The notes beneath the pieces were generated by a model that did not search any database, had not been told where the DNA came from, and saw only the letters and a program-made list of their open reading frames with translations. 32,426 nt of DNA from a virus. Its lineage: Duplodnaviria > Caudoviricetes. Made by a program: the position numbers and the translations under genes. The stretch lies in IMG/VR virus record IMGVR_UViG_3300034095_000291, positions 1-32,426 of that record, one strand, 5' to 3'. Shown piece after piece: positions 1 to 7,509 of this stretch. How positions within the stretch are numbered: position 1 is the first letter of the stretch; every line of letters begins with the position of its first letter.

Positions 1-125
1 ATATTATAAGAAAGAAGAACGTAATCAATTAATAGACTTCTTCTTGTTCTTTCGAGACAACGGAGAAAATCACATTGGATTAACAATTAATGAATTTGTA
101 GATTTATATTTAAAAAGCAACGTAA
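1..125. repeat. Terminal direct repeat, left copy (identical to 32302-32426)
   Basis: Exact 125-nt match between the two ends; indicates a circular or circularly permuted complete assembly. Confidence 0.97.
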
Positions 126-159
126 CTACAGAATCGCTGTAGTAAAGCCTCTTGCTTGG

Positions 160-189
160 ACTCCTATCGTAATTGGTAGGAGTTTTTTT
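160..189 (+). terminator. Rho-independent terminator
   Basis: Stem ACTCCTATC/GGTAGGAGT (one G-U), loop GTAATT, followed by T7; follows the junction-spanning ORF. Confidence 0.85.
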
Positions 190-244
190 ATGCAAAACAA
201 TTGCCTAAATATGTAGTTACTTATTTGTACCAATACGTATTTTA

Positions 245-1363
245 ATGGTTGAATTTAAAACCGAAATGATAGAGCTCTACAAACAAGGAGTTGCTATTAC
301 TGAAATTGCAAAGAAAATCTGTAAAGAAAACAACCTAGAATATACAGACAGCAAAAGAAGACGAACTTCAGAGCTTATAAACAAAGAAAAAAATAAAGGT
401 GTATTTGAAGAGTGTGAAGCTGTAGGAATAGATCCCGAGAAAATTAAGAACTATTGGTATAAAGGAAAGCATTATTCCATTAACGTAAAAGGGGAAACAG
501 ATACATTCAAGTATGAAGATTTTAAAGAAGACTTTATAGCATCGGTTAAGGATATCAAACCAAACTACATTCAGATAATTCGAACGGATTCAGATGAAGA
601 CTCACACTGTTTACTGATAGATCCAAGCGACATTCACGTAAATAAGCTATGTTCTGCATTCGAAACAGGTGAGGAATACAACTCACAGATAGCAGTGCAA
701 CGTGTTAAGGATGGTGTATCGTCGATTTTAAGTAAGTCTAAGGGGTTTAATATAGATAAGATAATACTTATTGTAGGTAACGATGTTTTAAACACTGACA
801 ACGCACGAAATCAAACGACAAAAGGAACGCAACAAGACACGCATTTAAAATGGTTCGATGCTTTCTTAATGGCTAAGCAACTATACATAGACATTATTAG
901 TACACTAGTAGCTATTGCGGATCTAGAAGTTGTATACAATGTATCCAATCACGATGAAATGAGCGGGTTCTTTTTAATGGATAGTATCTATTCATGGTAT
1001 AACGAACACCCAAACATAAATTTTGACAGGTCACCATCACATCGTAAATATACAACATACGGAAAAAACTTAATAGGCACAACACATGGAGACGGAGCTA
1101 AACAAACAGATCTTCCATTATTAATGTGTCATGAAGCTAGTCAACATTGGCACGATTGTAAGCATCGTTATTGGTTTACTCACCACGTACACCACAAAAC
1201 AAGCAAGGATGTAATGTCCGTACAAATTGAATCCCTACGTTCACCATCACCCGCAGATAGTTGGCACCACAAAAGTGGATATCAACACTCACCATTAGCA
1301 ATAGAAGGCTTTATATTCCATAAATCACATGGTCAAGTTTGCAGAATTACTACACTTTTTTAA
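245..1363 (+). CDS. Calcineurin-like metallophosphoesterase with N-terminal HTH-like segment
   Basis: Motifs SDIH, GND, SNHD, THGD, HVHH in canonical order; N-terminal 'ELYKQGVAITEIAKKI' is HTH-like. Confidence 0.85.
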   Translation: MVEFKTEMIELYKQGVAITEIAKKICKENNLEYTDSKRRRTSELINKEKNKGVFEECEAVGIDPEKIKNYWYKGKHYSINVKGETDTFKYEDFKEDFIASVKDIKPNYIQIIRTDSDEDSHCLLIDPSDIHVNKLCSAFETGEEYNSQIAVQRVKDGVSSILSKSKGFNIDKIILIVGNDVLNTDNARNQTTKGTQQDTHLKWFDAFLMAKQLYIDIISTLVAIADLEVVYNVSNHDEMSGFFLMDSIYSWYNEHPNINFDRSPSHRKYTTYGKNLIGTTHGDGAKQTDLPLLMCHEASQHWHDCKHRYWFTHHVHHKTSKDVMSVQIESLRSPSPADSWHHKSGYQHSPLAIEGFIFHKSHGQVCRITTLF

Positions 1364-1397
1364 GCCTATACCCTTAAAATAAAATAAAAATTTAATT

Positions 1398-1616
1398 ATG
1401 GCAAAAGTTACACTAGAATTCGACTCAATAGAAGACAGCGAAGATTTAAAATGTGCATTGTACGGATGGAAATACGCATTTGTAATTGACGAGTTGGACC
1501 AATACTATAGAAGCATATATAAATACTCTGAAATAGGTAGCGAAATTGAAATGGCTGAGAAAGTACGCGATAAAATTCGTGAAATAATGCATGATAATGG
1601 ATTGATGATGGAATAA
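1398..1616 (+). CDS. Hypothetical protein (72 aa)
   Basis: ATG after AT-rich leader, phage-like codon usage. Confidence 0.75.
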   Translation: MAKVTLEFDSIEDSEDLKCALYGWKYAFVIDELDQYYRSIYKYSEIGSEIEMAEKVRDKIREIMHDNGLMME

Positions 1617-1619
1617 AAA

Positions 1620-1940
1620 AAGTAGAAAAGGTATAAACTTGTATAAAATTTAGGTGTTTTGTAACGTATTGATTTATATAATTTTAAAGGAAACTTGAAA
1701 AACTTGAAAAACGCTTAACTTATTGATACTCATAGAAAGTAATAAAAGGTTAAAAGTGTTTTGCTATATTACAGTAAAACAATAAATAAAAAAAAAAGTG
1801 AAAAAAGTTTTAACTTTATACGTAAACTACTATAAATCAACAAACTAACCAAAAACAAGTTTCCTTTAAAGTGTTGATATTTAACAATTTACAAAACGTC
1901 AAAGTTTCTACATTTTTAAGCAAAGTTTTAACCTTTTTAC
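1620..1940. other. Putative origin of replication (inverted iteron-like arrays around an A-rich core)
   Basis: Exact inverted repeats 1683-1697/1856-1870 and 1656-1664/1889-1897 with one centre; AAACTT x3 left, AAGTTT x4 right; poly-A core ~1777-1806; upstream of the helicase operon. Confidence 0.65.
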
Positions 1941-1962
1941 GTTTTTCGCAAAATTCAACATT

Positions 1963-1985
1963 TTATTTAGAATCAATATAAATAA
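1963..1985. promoter_or_regulatory. Imperfect 23-bp palindrome resembling the Flavobacteriales Fur box
   Basis: TTATTTAGAATCAATATAAATAA; core matches ATTTAGAATTATTCTAAAT (recalled consensus) at 16/19. Confidence 0.5.
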
Positions 1986-2006
1986 CAATATTTTTTAATA
2001 AAAGTA

Positions 2007-2036
2007 TTGCAGATATAAAATAATGTAGTAATTTAG
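2007..2036 (+). promoter_or_regulatory. Bacteroidota sigmaA-type promoter (variant)
   Basis: TTG at 2007-2009 and TAATTTAG at 2029-2036 (one mismatch to TAnnTTTG). Confidence 0.55.
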
Positions 2037-2039
2037 CAA

Positions 2040-2134
2040 AGTGTTAGGTCGGAAACCATATAAAACACTATAAGATATTAGCCTCTTCAATTAGTAAAAT
2101 TCCGACCTTACTTTTTGGAGAGGCATTTTTATTT
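2040..2134 (+). ncRNA. Structured 5' leader / attenuator with loop-loop complementarity
   Basis: Stem AGTGTT/AACACT; terminator GCCTCTTCAA/TTGGAGAGGC plus U-tract; AGGTCGGAA (2046-2054) complementary to TTCCGACCT (2100-2108). Confidence 0.7.
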
Positions 2135-2147
2135 AAAACAAATTATT

Positions 2148-2627
2148 ATGAAAAAATTAGTATTAACAGTAGCAACAGTTTTAACATTAGGTTTAACATT
2201 TGCTCAAGAATGTAAGAGTGTAAAAGTAGAAGTAGATTCTTACACTGGAGAGAGAACAATCGAAACTGATTTTATAGATTTCAATGGCGGAACTTATGAA
2301 GTATCTAAAAGACCATATGGCATTGCATTATGGTTACAATTAGAAAGTAGTATTATACTATCTATAGATAAAGGAGATATTATATACTTTAAATTATCTG
2401 ACAATTCAGTAATTAAATTTGTAAATAGAAGACTATCTATGGCAGACTATTCAAAAACTATTGGATATAGTAATTCATTTGGATTCATATTAGACCAAGA
2501 AGTATTGGATGCTTTAATGAATAAAGAAGTGATAGGTATCAAATGTAGTGTAAATGAATACAATTTAAGTGCAAAAGAAAGTACTACATTAAAAAACAAT
2601 ATTAACTGTATCGTAAATACTAAGTAA
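2148..2627 (+). CDS. Secreted/periplasmic protein with Sec signal peptide
   Basis: Start moved to ATG 2148: MKKLVLTVATVLTLGLTFA|QECK is a typical Bacteroidota signal peptide with Gln at +1. Confidence 0.75.
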   Translation: MKKLVLTVATVLTLGLTFAQECKSVKVEVDSYTGERTIETDFIDFNGGTYEVSKRPYGIALWLQLESSIILSIDKGDIIYFKLSDNSVIKFVNRRLSMADYSKTIGYSNSFGFILDQEVLDALMNKEVIGIKCSVNEYNLSAKESTTLKNNINCIVNTK

Positions 2628-2899
2628 TGGAAGAAATTTGGAAGCACCTAGAAGAACATTATTATATTAGTAATTTTGGAAATGTTATGAATAGAAACAC
2701 TAATCGTAACTTAAAACCTATCAAATGCAATAAATATAAAACAAAAGTAACTTTGACACTAGATAACAATAGTAGAAAAAAAGATGTATTTTTGGCGTCC
2801 GAAGTTGCAAGAAAGTTCATTAGTGAATCATTTAAGAAAGTAACTAGATTGGATAAAGACACATTTAATAATAGAGTAGATAATTTAAAAGTAATATGA
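2627..2899 (+). CDS. Degenerate NUMOD4-HNH endonuclease-like protein
   Basis: EEIWK..YYISNFGNV (NUMOD4) and NNRVDNL, but VTRLD replaces the catalytic V-x-H-I-D. Confidence 0.7.
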   Translation: MEEIWKHLEEHYYISNFGNVMNRNTNRNLKPIKCNKYKTKVTLTLDNNSRKKDVFLASEVARKFISESFKKVTRLDKDTFNNRVDNLKVI

Positions 2900-4332
2900 A
2901 TGATAGCAATTTAATGCCATTTTGGTCTGTTAATCAAAATGGAAAAATAGATCTTAATAATTATTTATTTAAGAAGTTTTTAGAGAAGTATGATTACTTT
3001 AAGAATAAACCAAATGCAAATAGTACGTTTAACATCATAAAAAAGAATGGTATATTTTTAGAGATTAAAGACGAAACAGATCTAAAAGACTTTATATTAA
3101 CTCACATTGAACAAAATGATTTAGGGATAGGAGTTTATAATTTAATGAGCGGAAATCTTAAATACTTTAAGCGTGACTTTCTTTCTATGATTTCTACAAA
3201 AGAGATTCAAGTAATGAAAGACGATAAAGATAATGCTTACTTTTTTTATAATAATTGCATCGTAAACATTACTAAAAACGAGCGTAAAATTATAGATTAT
3301 AAAGACGTAAATATATCTATTTGGAAGAAACAAGTTATTAATAGGGATTTTATCGAAGCGGACCACCACCAATCACAATTTAGAACGTTTGTTTGGAAGG
3401 TAAGCGGTGAGGATGTTGAGAGATATAATACTTTACAATCTGTATTAGGTTATTTGCTACATTCATATAAGACTAACTCTAACAATAGAGCTATCATATT
3501 TAACGACGAAATGATAAGTGACAACCCAAATGGTAGAAGTGGTAAGGGATTAATATGGAACGCGCTTAAACAAATTAAAAATGTGCAATCTTTAGATGGT
3601 AAAACCTTTACTTTTAATAAATCATTTCCTTATCAAAATGTATCTACGGATTGTCAAATATTAGTGTTTGATGACGTTGAGCGTAATTTCAGCTTTGAAT
3701 CATTATTCAGTGTAATTACGGAGGGTATTTGTATAGAATATAAAGGCAAGGACGCTATCCGTTTAAGTGTTGAGGAATCCCCAAAGATTATAATTACAAC
3801 TAACTACACAATAAAAGGTGATGGAGGAAGTCATGAAGCTAGGAAGTTTGAAGTTGAAATGTCAACGTTTTTCAATGCTGATTATACTCCTGAAATGTTT
3901 TTTGGTAATAAACTATTTAACGATTGGGACAAAGAAGAGTGGGCACGCTTTGATAATTACATGATGGAATGTCTACGTAAATATTTAAACAATGGATTGG
4001 TTCGTAGTAATACAAAGAATTTAGAGATTAGAAAGCTAATTGATAAAATAAGCGCTGAATTACATACCTTTATACCATCGATTCCAAATAATGAGTGGGT
4101 GAACGTAAAGACTATTTACGATAATTTTTTAAATGCTTATCCTGAATTAAGAAAGTGGTATAAACAAAATAGCTTAACCATTGGTTTGAAGTCGTATGCT
4201 AAACACTACGGAGTTAAATATCATACAACAACAGCTGGGGGTATTACAAAGATTATGTTTGAAGCTAGTAAAAGCTATAATAATGAAGAACAAAAGGATA
4301 TTTGGGATTCAAACGAATTGCAAGGATTATGA
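2896..4332 (+). CDS. SF3 (D5/P4-alpha-like) replicative helicase lacking a primase domain
   Basis: Walker A GRSGKG, Walker B LVFDD, motif C IITTN, probable C-terminal winged helix. Confidence 0.8.
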   Translation: MNDSNLMPFWSVNQNGKIDLNNYLFKKFLEKYDYFKNKPNANSTFNIIKKNGIFLEIKDETDLKDFILTHIEQNDLGIGVYNLMSGNLKYFKRDFLSMISTKEIQVMKDDKDNAYFFYNNCIVNITKNERKIIDYKDVNISIWKKQVINRDFIEADHHQSQFRTFVWKVSGEDVERYNTLQSVLGYLLHSYKTNSNNRAIIFNDEMISDNPNGRSGKGLIWNALKQIKNVQSLDGKTFTFNKSFPYQNVSTDCQILVFDDVERNFSFESLFSVITEGICIEYKGKDAIRLSVEESPKIIITTNYTIKGDGGSHEARKFEVEMSTFFNADYTPEMFFGNKLFNDWDKEEWARFDNYMMECLRKYLNNGLVRSNTKNLEIRKLIDKISAELHTFIPSIPNNEWVNVKTIYDNFLNAYPELRKWYKQNSLTIGLKSYAKHYGVKYHTTTAGGITKIMFEASKSYNNEEQKDIWDSNELQGL

Positions 4333-4538
4333 CAATAGATAGTATAATAGCAATTAAGAAGATTGAAAGCATATCTGCAAAGTATGGTGAGTCTATTGAT
4401 TGGATTAAAAAAGCATACCCTAATAGAACGGATTTAATATCTAGTTTAGAAAATTCAATCATAGCACTATCTTTAATTAGAGCAGATATAATAATGTACG
4501 ACACTAAAATAGAAGCAAAAGAATGGATGGAAAGCTAA
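4329..4538 (+). CDS. Hypothetical helical protein
   Basis: ATGA overlap with helicase stop; start at ATG 4329. Confidence 0.65.
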   Translation: MTIDSIIAIKKIESISAKYGESIDWIKKAYPNRTDLISSLENSIIALSLIRADIIMYDTKIEAKEWMES

Positions 4539-4711
4539 GTAATATAATAATAGATGCAGAAATCTATAAAGTAAGCAATTCAATGCAAGAAATTATAGAT
4601 AAATATCCTGAAAGATTGGAAACAATAGGAAAGCTAAACTATGTTTTAAAAGATTTAGAACACATTAAAAGACATTTAAACTATTTAATTAAGAAGTATG
4701 AAAAGACATAA
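4523..4711 (+). CDS. Hypothetical helical protein
   Basis: Coupled ORF; similar pattern to upstream ORF (KYPER vs AYPNR). Confidence 0.65.
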   Translation: MDGKLSNIIIDAEIYKVSNSMQEIIDKYPERLETIGKLNYVLKDLEHIKRHLNYLIKKYEKT

Positions 4712-5048
4712 AATAGAATTACCAATATATTATGGATTTATTGAAATAATAAGCTGTAAGAATTATAATAAAATCAATAAAGAATTAGGAATAAATGTTG
4801 ATAATAACATACAGGCATTTGCATACAAAAAAGAACCACATAATTATGTAGTATGTTTTAGTGATAATAAAGATTTATCTATTATAGTTCATGAAGTAGT
4901 ACATTTAGTTAATTTTATCTATGAAGACCATTCAATGAAGTTATCAAAAACAAATGACGAGTTTCAAGCATACTTAACTCAATACTTATTTAGTGAAATA
5001 GTTTCTAAAATTAATAAAGCAGCAGAAGATTTAATATGGAAAAGATAA
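4698..5048 (+). CDS. Small HExxH zincin-like protein
   Basis: IIVHEVVH motif plus downstream DEFQAY. Confidence 0.65.
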   Translation: MKRHKIELPIYYGFIEIISCKNYNKINKELGINVDNNIQAFAYKKEPHNYVVCFSDNKDLSIIVHEVVHLVNFIYEDHSMKLSKTNDEFQAYLTQYLFSEIVSKINKAAEDLIWKR

Positions 5049-6253
5049 AAGAATTACGTGATTACCAACTAGACCTATCCAAGAAAGCTGTTGATATACT
5101 CCGAGATAAGAAGATAGTGTACTTAAATTTCTCCGTGAGAACTGGGAAAACAGCAACAGCATTAGAAACGTGCAGACTATTTGGTGCTAAAAAAGTATTA
5201 TTTCTAACTAAAAAGAAAGCAATTACATCAATTCAAAACGATTATAATGATTTTGGATATACTTTTGATTTAACAGTGATTAATAACGAGTCACTATCCA
5301 AGGTAACGGATAATGATTTTGATGTAGTTGTGCAAGATGAAGCACATGGAATGGCGTCTTTTCCAAAGCCAAGTAATAAAGCAAAGGAATTTAAAGCACG
5401 TTTTTCAAGAATTCCATTAATATTATTGTCAGGCACCATGGCTGCAGAATCATACTCGCAAGTGTTCCACCAATTTTGGCTTAGTGCTTATAGTCCATTT
5501 AGTCAATATAAGAACTTTTATGCGTGGAGTAAGGTATTTACACAACCAACACTAAAATATGTTAGCTACGGAACTATAAATGATTATTCAGCAGCTAAGA
5601 TTGATTTAATTGATGCAGTAATACAACCATATATTTTAAAGTTTACTCAAGAAAATGCAGGTTTTGAAAGTAAAGTAAACGAGAAAGTAATATATTTCGA
5701 TTCCTGTAATAAAAAGATAATTGATAAGCTAAAAAAAGATAACATAGTTGAGGGTAAAGAAGAAGTAATACTAGCCGATTCGGGTGTAAAAATGATGAGT
5801 AAATTACACCAACTAGAAAGCGGGACAATTAAGTTTGAAAGTGGAAATTCAATGGTAATAGATAACTCAAAAGCCTTATTTATTGCGGAACATTTTAAAG
5901 GTAAAAAACTAGCGATATTTTATTATTATATAGAGGAGTTTCATTTATTACAATTTGCTTTCCCTAATCATACTACATCAATCGAGGAATTTAATACTAC
6001 CGATAAGCATTACATAGGCCAGCAATATAGTTCTGCAATGGGTATTAATTTAAGTGCAGCAGATTGTTTGATAATGTATAACTTTGGATTCAGTGGCACA
6101 AATTACATACAATCAATTGATAGACTTACCACAATCTCACGTAAAGAAAACGATGTGTATTTTATTTATGGTAAAGGTTCACTAACTGAGAAAATCCACC
6201 AGGTAGTAAAGCAAAAAAAGACATTCACACTAAAACAATTTGAGAAATGTTAG
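5036..6253 (+). CDS. SF2 (SNF2/DEAH-like) helicase
   Basis: RTGKT, QDEAH, SGT, QSIDR motifs. Confidence 0.9.
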   Translation: MEKIKELRDYQLDLSKKAVDILRDKKIVYLNFSVRTGKTATALETCRLFGAKKVLFLTKKKAITSIQNDYNDFGYTFDLTVINNESLSKVTDNDFDVVVQDEAHGMASFPKPSNKAKEFKARFSRIPLILLSGTMAAESYSQVFHQFWLSAYSPFSQYKNFYAWSKVFTQPTLKYVSYGTINDYSAAKIDLIDAVIQPYILKFTQENAGFESKVNEKVIYFDSCNKKIIDKLKKDNIVEGKEEVILADSGVKMMSKLHQLESGTIKFESGNSMVIDNSKALFIAEHFKGKKLAIFYYYIEEFHLLQFAFPNHTTSIEEFNTTDKHYIGQQYSSAMGINLSAADCLIMYNFGFSGTNYIQSIDRLTTISRKENDVYFIYGKGSLTEKIHQVVKQKKTFTLKQFEKC

Positions 6254-6507
6254 AAAGTAAAATTCAAACTTCATGTATCAATTACGCAAAAAAGAATGGT
6301 TGGTATTGTTGCAAAACTATTAAAGTATCTGTATCAGGATTTCCCGATCTTATTATGCTGAAAAATGGTGTTTGTGTCTTTGTTGAGTTTAAAACTATAA
6401 AAGGAATTCAATCGGAATTACAAAAGTATCAACAAAAGCTACTTGAAAATCAAGGATTTAAATATTATTTAATACGTTCACTAAAAGAATTTCAAAATAT
6501 ATTATAA
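6247..6507 (+). CDS. VRR-NUC domain nuclease
   Basis: LESKIQ..GFPDL..FVEFK..SELQKY. Confidence 0.9.
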   Translation: MLESKIQTSCINYAKKNGWYCCKTIKVSVSGFPDLIMLKNGVCVFVEFKTIKGIQSELQKYQQKLLENQGFKYYLIRSLKEFQNIL

Positions 6508-6517
6508 AAATGTAATG

Positions 6518-6563
6518 TTGTTATAATAATAAACCTTATATTTGTCATATAGAAACAATTTAA
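6518..6563 (+). promoter_or_regulatory. Bacteroidota sigmaA promoter (early)
   Basis: Perfect -7 TATATTTG at 6537-6544 in an intergenic gap; same architecture as the 31462 promoter. Confidence 0.75.
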
Positions 6564-6573
6564 TATTTGAATT

Positions 6574-6798
6574 ATGAGTGTATCACCTTATTTAAAAGCA
6601 AAATTTAAAACTAATTACGCAACAGGAGAATGTGAATTAGTAAAAGAAAGTATCGAGGCAAAAGCTAAGAAGTACGATGAGTTAGTAGAGACTATAAATT
6701 CATTAGAGTTAATGTATACAAATGCATTAGATAAGTATCCTAGCTTAACTACAATGATACAAGAGAAGTTAAACGTATTAAAATTAATTAAATTATGA
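6574..6798 (+). CDS. Hypothetical protein
   Basis: First ORF after promoter. Confidence 0.7.
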   Translation: MSVSPYLKAKFKTNYATGECELVKESIEAKAKKYDELVETINSLELMYTNALDKYPSLTTMIQEKLNVLKLIKL

Positions 6799-7001
6799 AG
6801 ATAGTAGCAGATTTAACGGATAAGCACGAAGCTAATCTAAAAGTAATCAAAAGACTTGGTTACATATTAGGTGAAGAAGTTAACACCAAACCACAACAAG
6901 TATCACTAGCAATGGATTTATTGCAGTACTTAATGTGGGAATTTAGTGAGCAAGATTTAATAGAAATAATCTTAAAAAATAAAGACAATGAAAGAGCATA
7001 A
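6795..7001 (+). CDS. Hypothetical protein (possible ribbon-helix-helix-like)
   Basis: ATGA coupling; short strand then helices; fold call is weak. Confidence 0.6.
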   Translation: MKIVADLTDKHEANLKVIKRLGYILGEEVNTKPQQVSLAMDLLQYLMWEFSEQDLIEIILKNKDNERA

Positions 7002-7509
7002 TATAGACGCGATGAAATATCGTAAACATTCGCACCTTGCAGGAGTTGATGTGGCAATAATTACAGCAGAGAAAGGTAATTGCATACTTACAATCAAAGA
7101 TGCATACTACTCAAAAGGTGTAGATGTAAGTGGTAACAAAACGGATGGTTACTTCCTAGAGTTTGAAGAGGATGTAATGGACATGGTTTGTAATAGTTCT
7201 AATCGTAAAATGATAGCTAACAACTTGGTACTAGAGAAAGGATTATCTTTACTAGATTCACGTAATATAGGTAACTGGATTGGAACTAAGGTAGAGCTAC
7301 AATTTGATGACACTATACGAATGATGGGTAAAGTAGTTGGAGGTATTAGAGTTAAAGGATTCAAGTTACTTCCTAACTTAGAGCCTAACACACCAAACTT
7401 TGATGCAGTTAAGAAAGCATTACAAGGTGGTAACTATACAATAGAGCAAGTAAAAACGAAGTATAACGTATCTGAAGCGGTACAAAAATTGTTAGAAAAT
7501 GGAAAATAA
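6988..7509 (+). CDS. Putative OB-fold ssDNA-binding/recombination protein
   Basis: LTIK..F.E..M.CN.SN.K.I..W.G.K..L..GIRV pattern; directly upstream of exonuclease. Confidence 0.55.
   Translation: MKEHNIDAMKYRKHSHLAGVDVAIITAEKGNCILTIKDAYYSKGVDVSGNKTDGYFLEFEEDVMDMVCNSSNRKMIANNLVLEKGLSLLDSRNIGNWIGTKVELQFDDTIRMMGKVVGGIRVKGFKLLPNLEPNTPNFDAVKKALQGGNYTIEQVKTKYNVSEAVQKLLENGK

Noticed and set aside
201-227. SigmaA promoter for the metallophosphoesterase
   Set aside because: CTTATTTG does not fit TAnnTTTG; a promoter is expected after the terminator but cannot be placed confidently
1996-2008. 13-bp match TAATAAAAGTATT with 31450-31462
   Set aside because: Nearly all A/T and in different positions relative to the promoters; chance is plausible
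1617-2147. CRISPR mini-array or tRNA in the large intergenic region
   Set aside because: Repeats are short, inverted and irregularly spaced; no cloverleaf or T-loop motif
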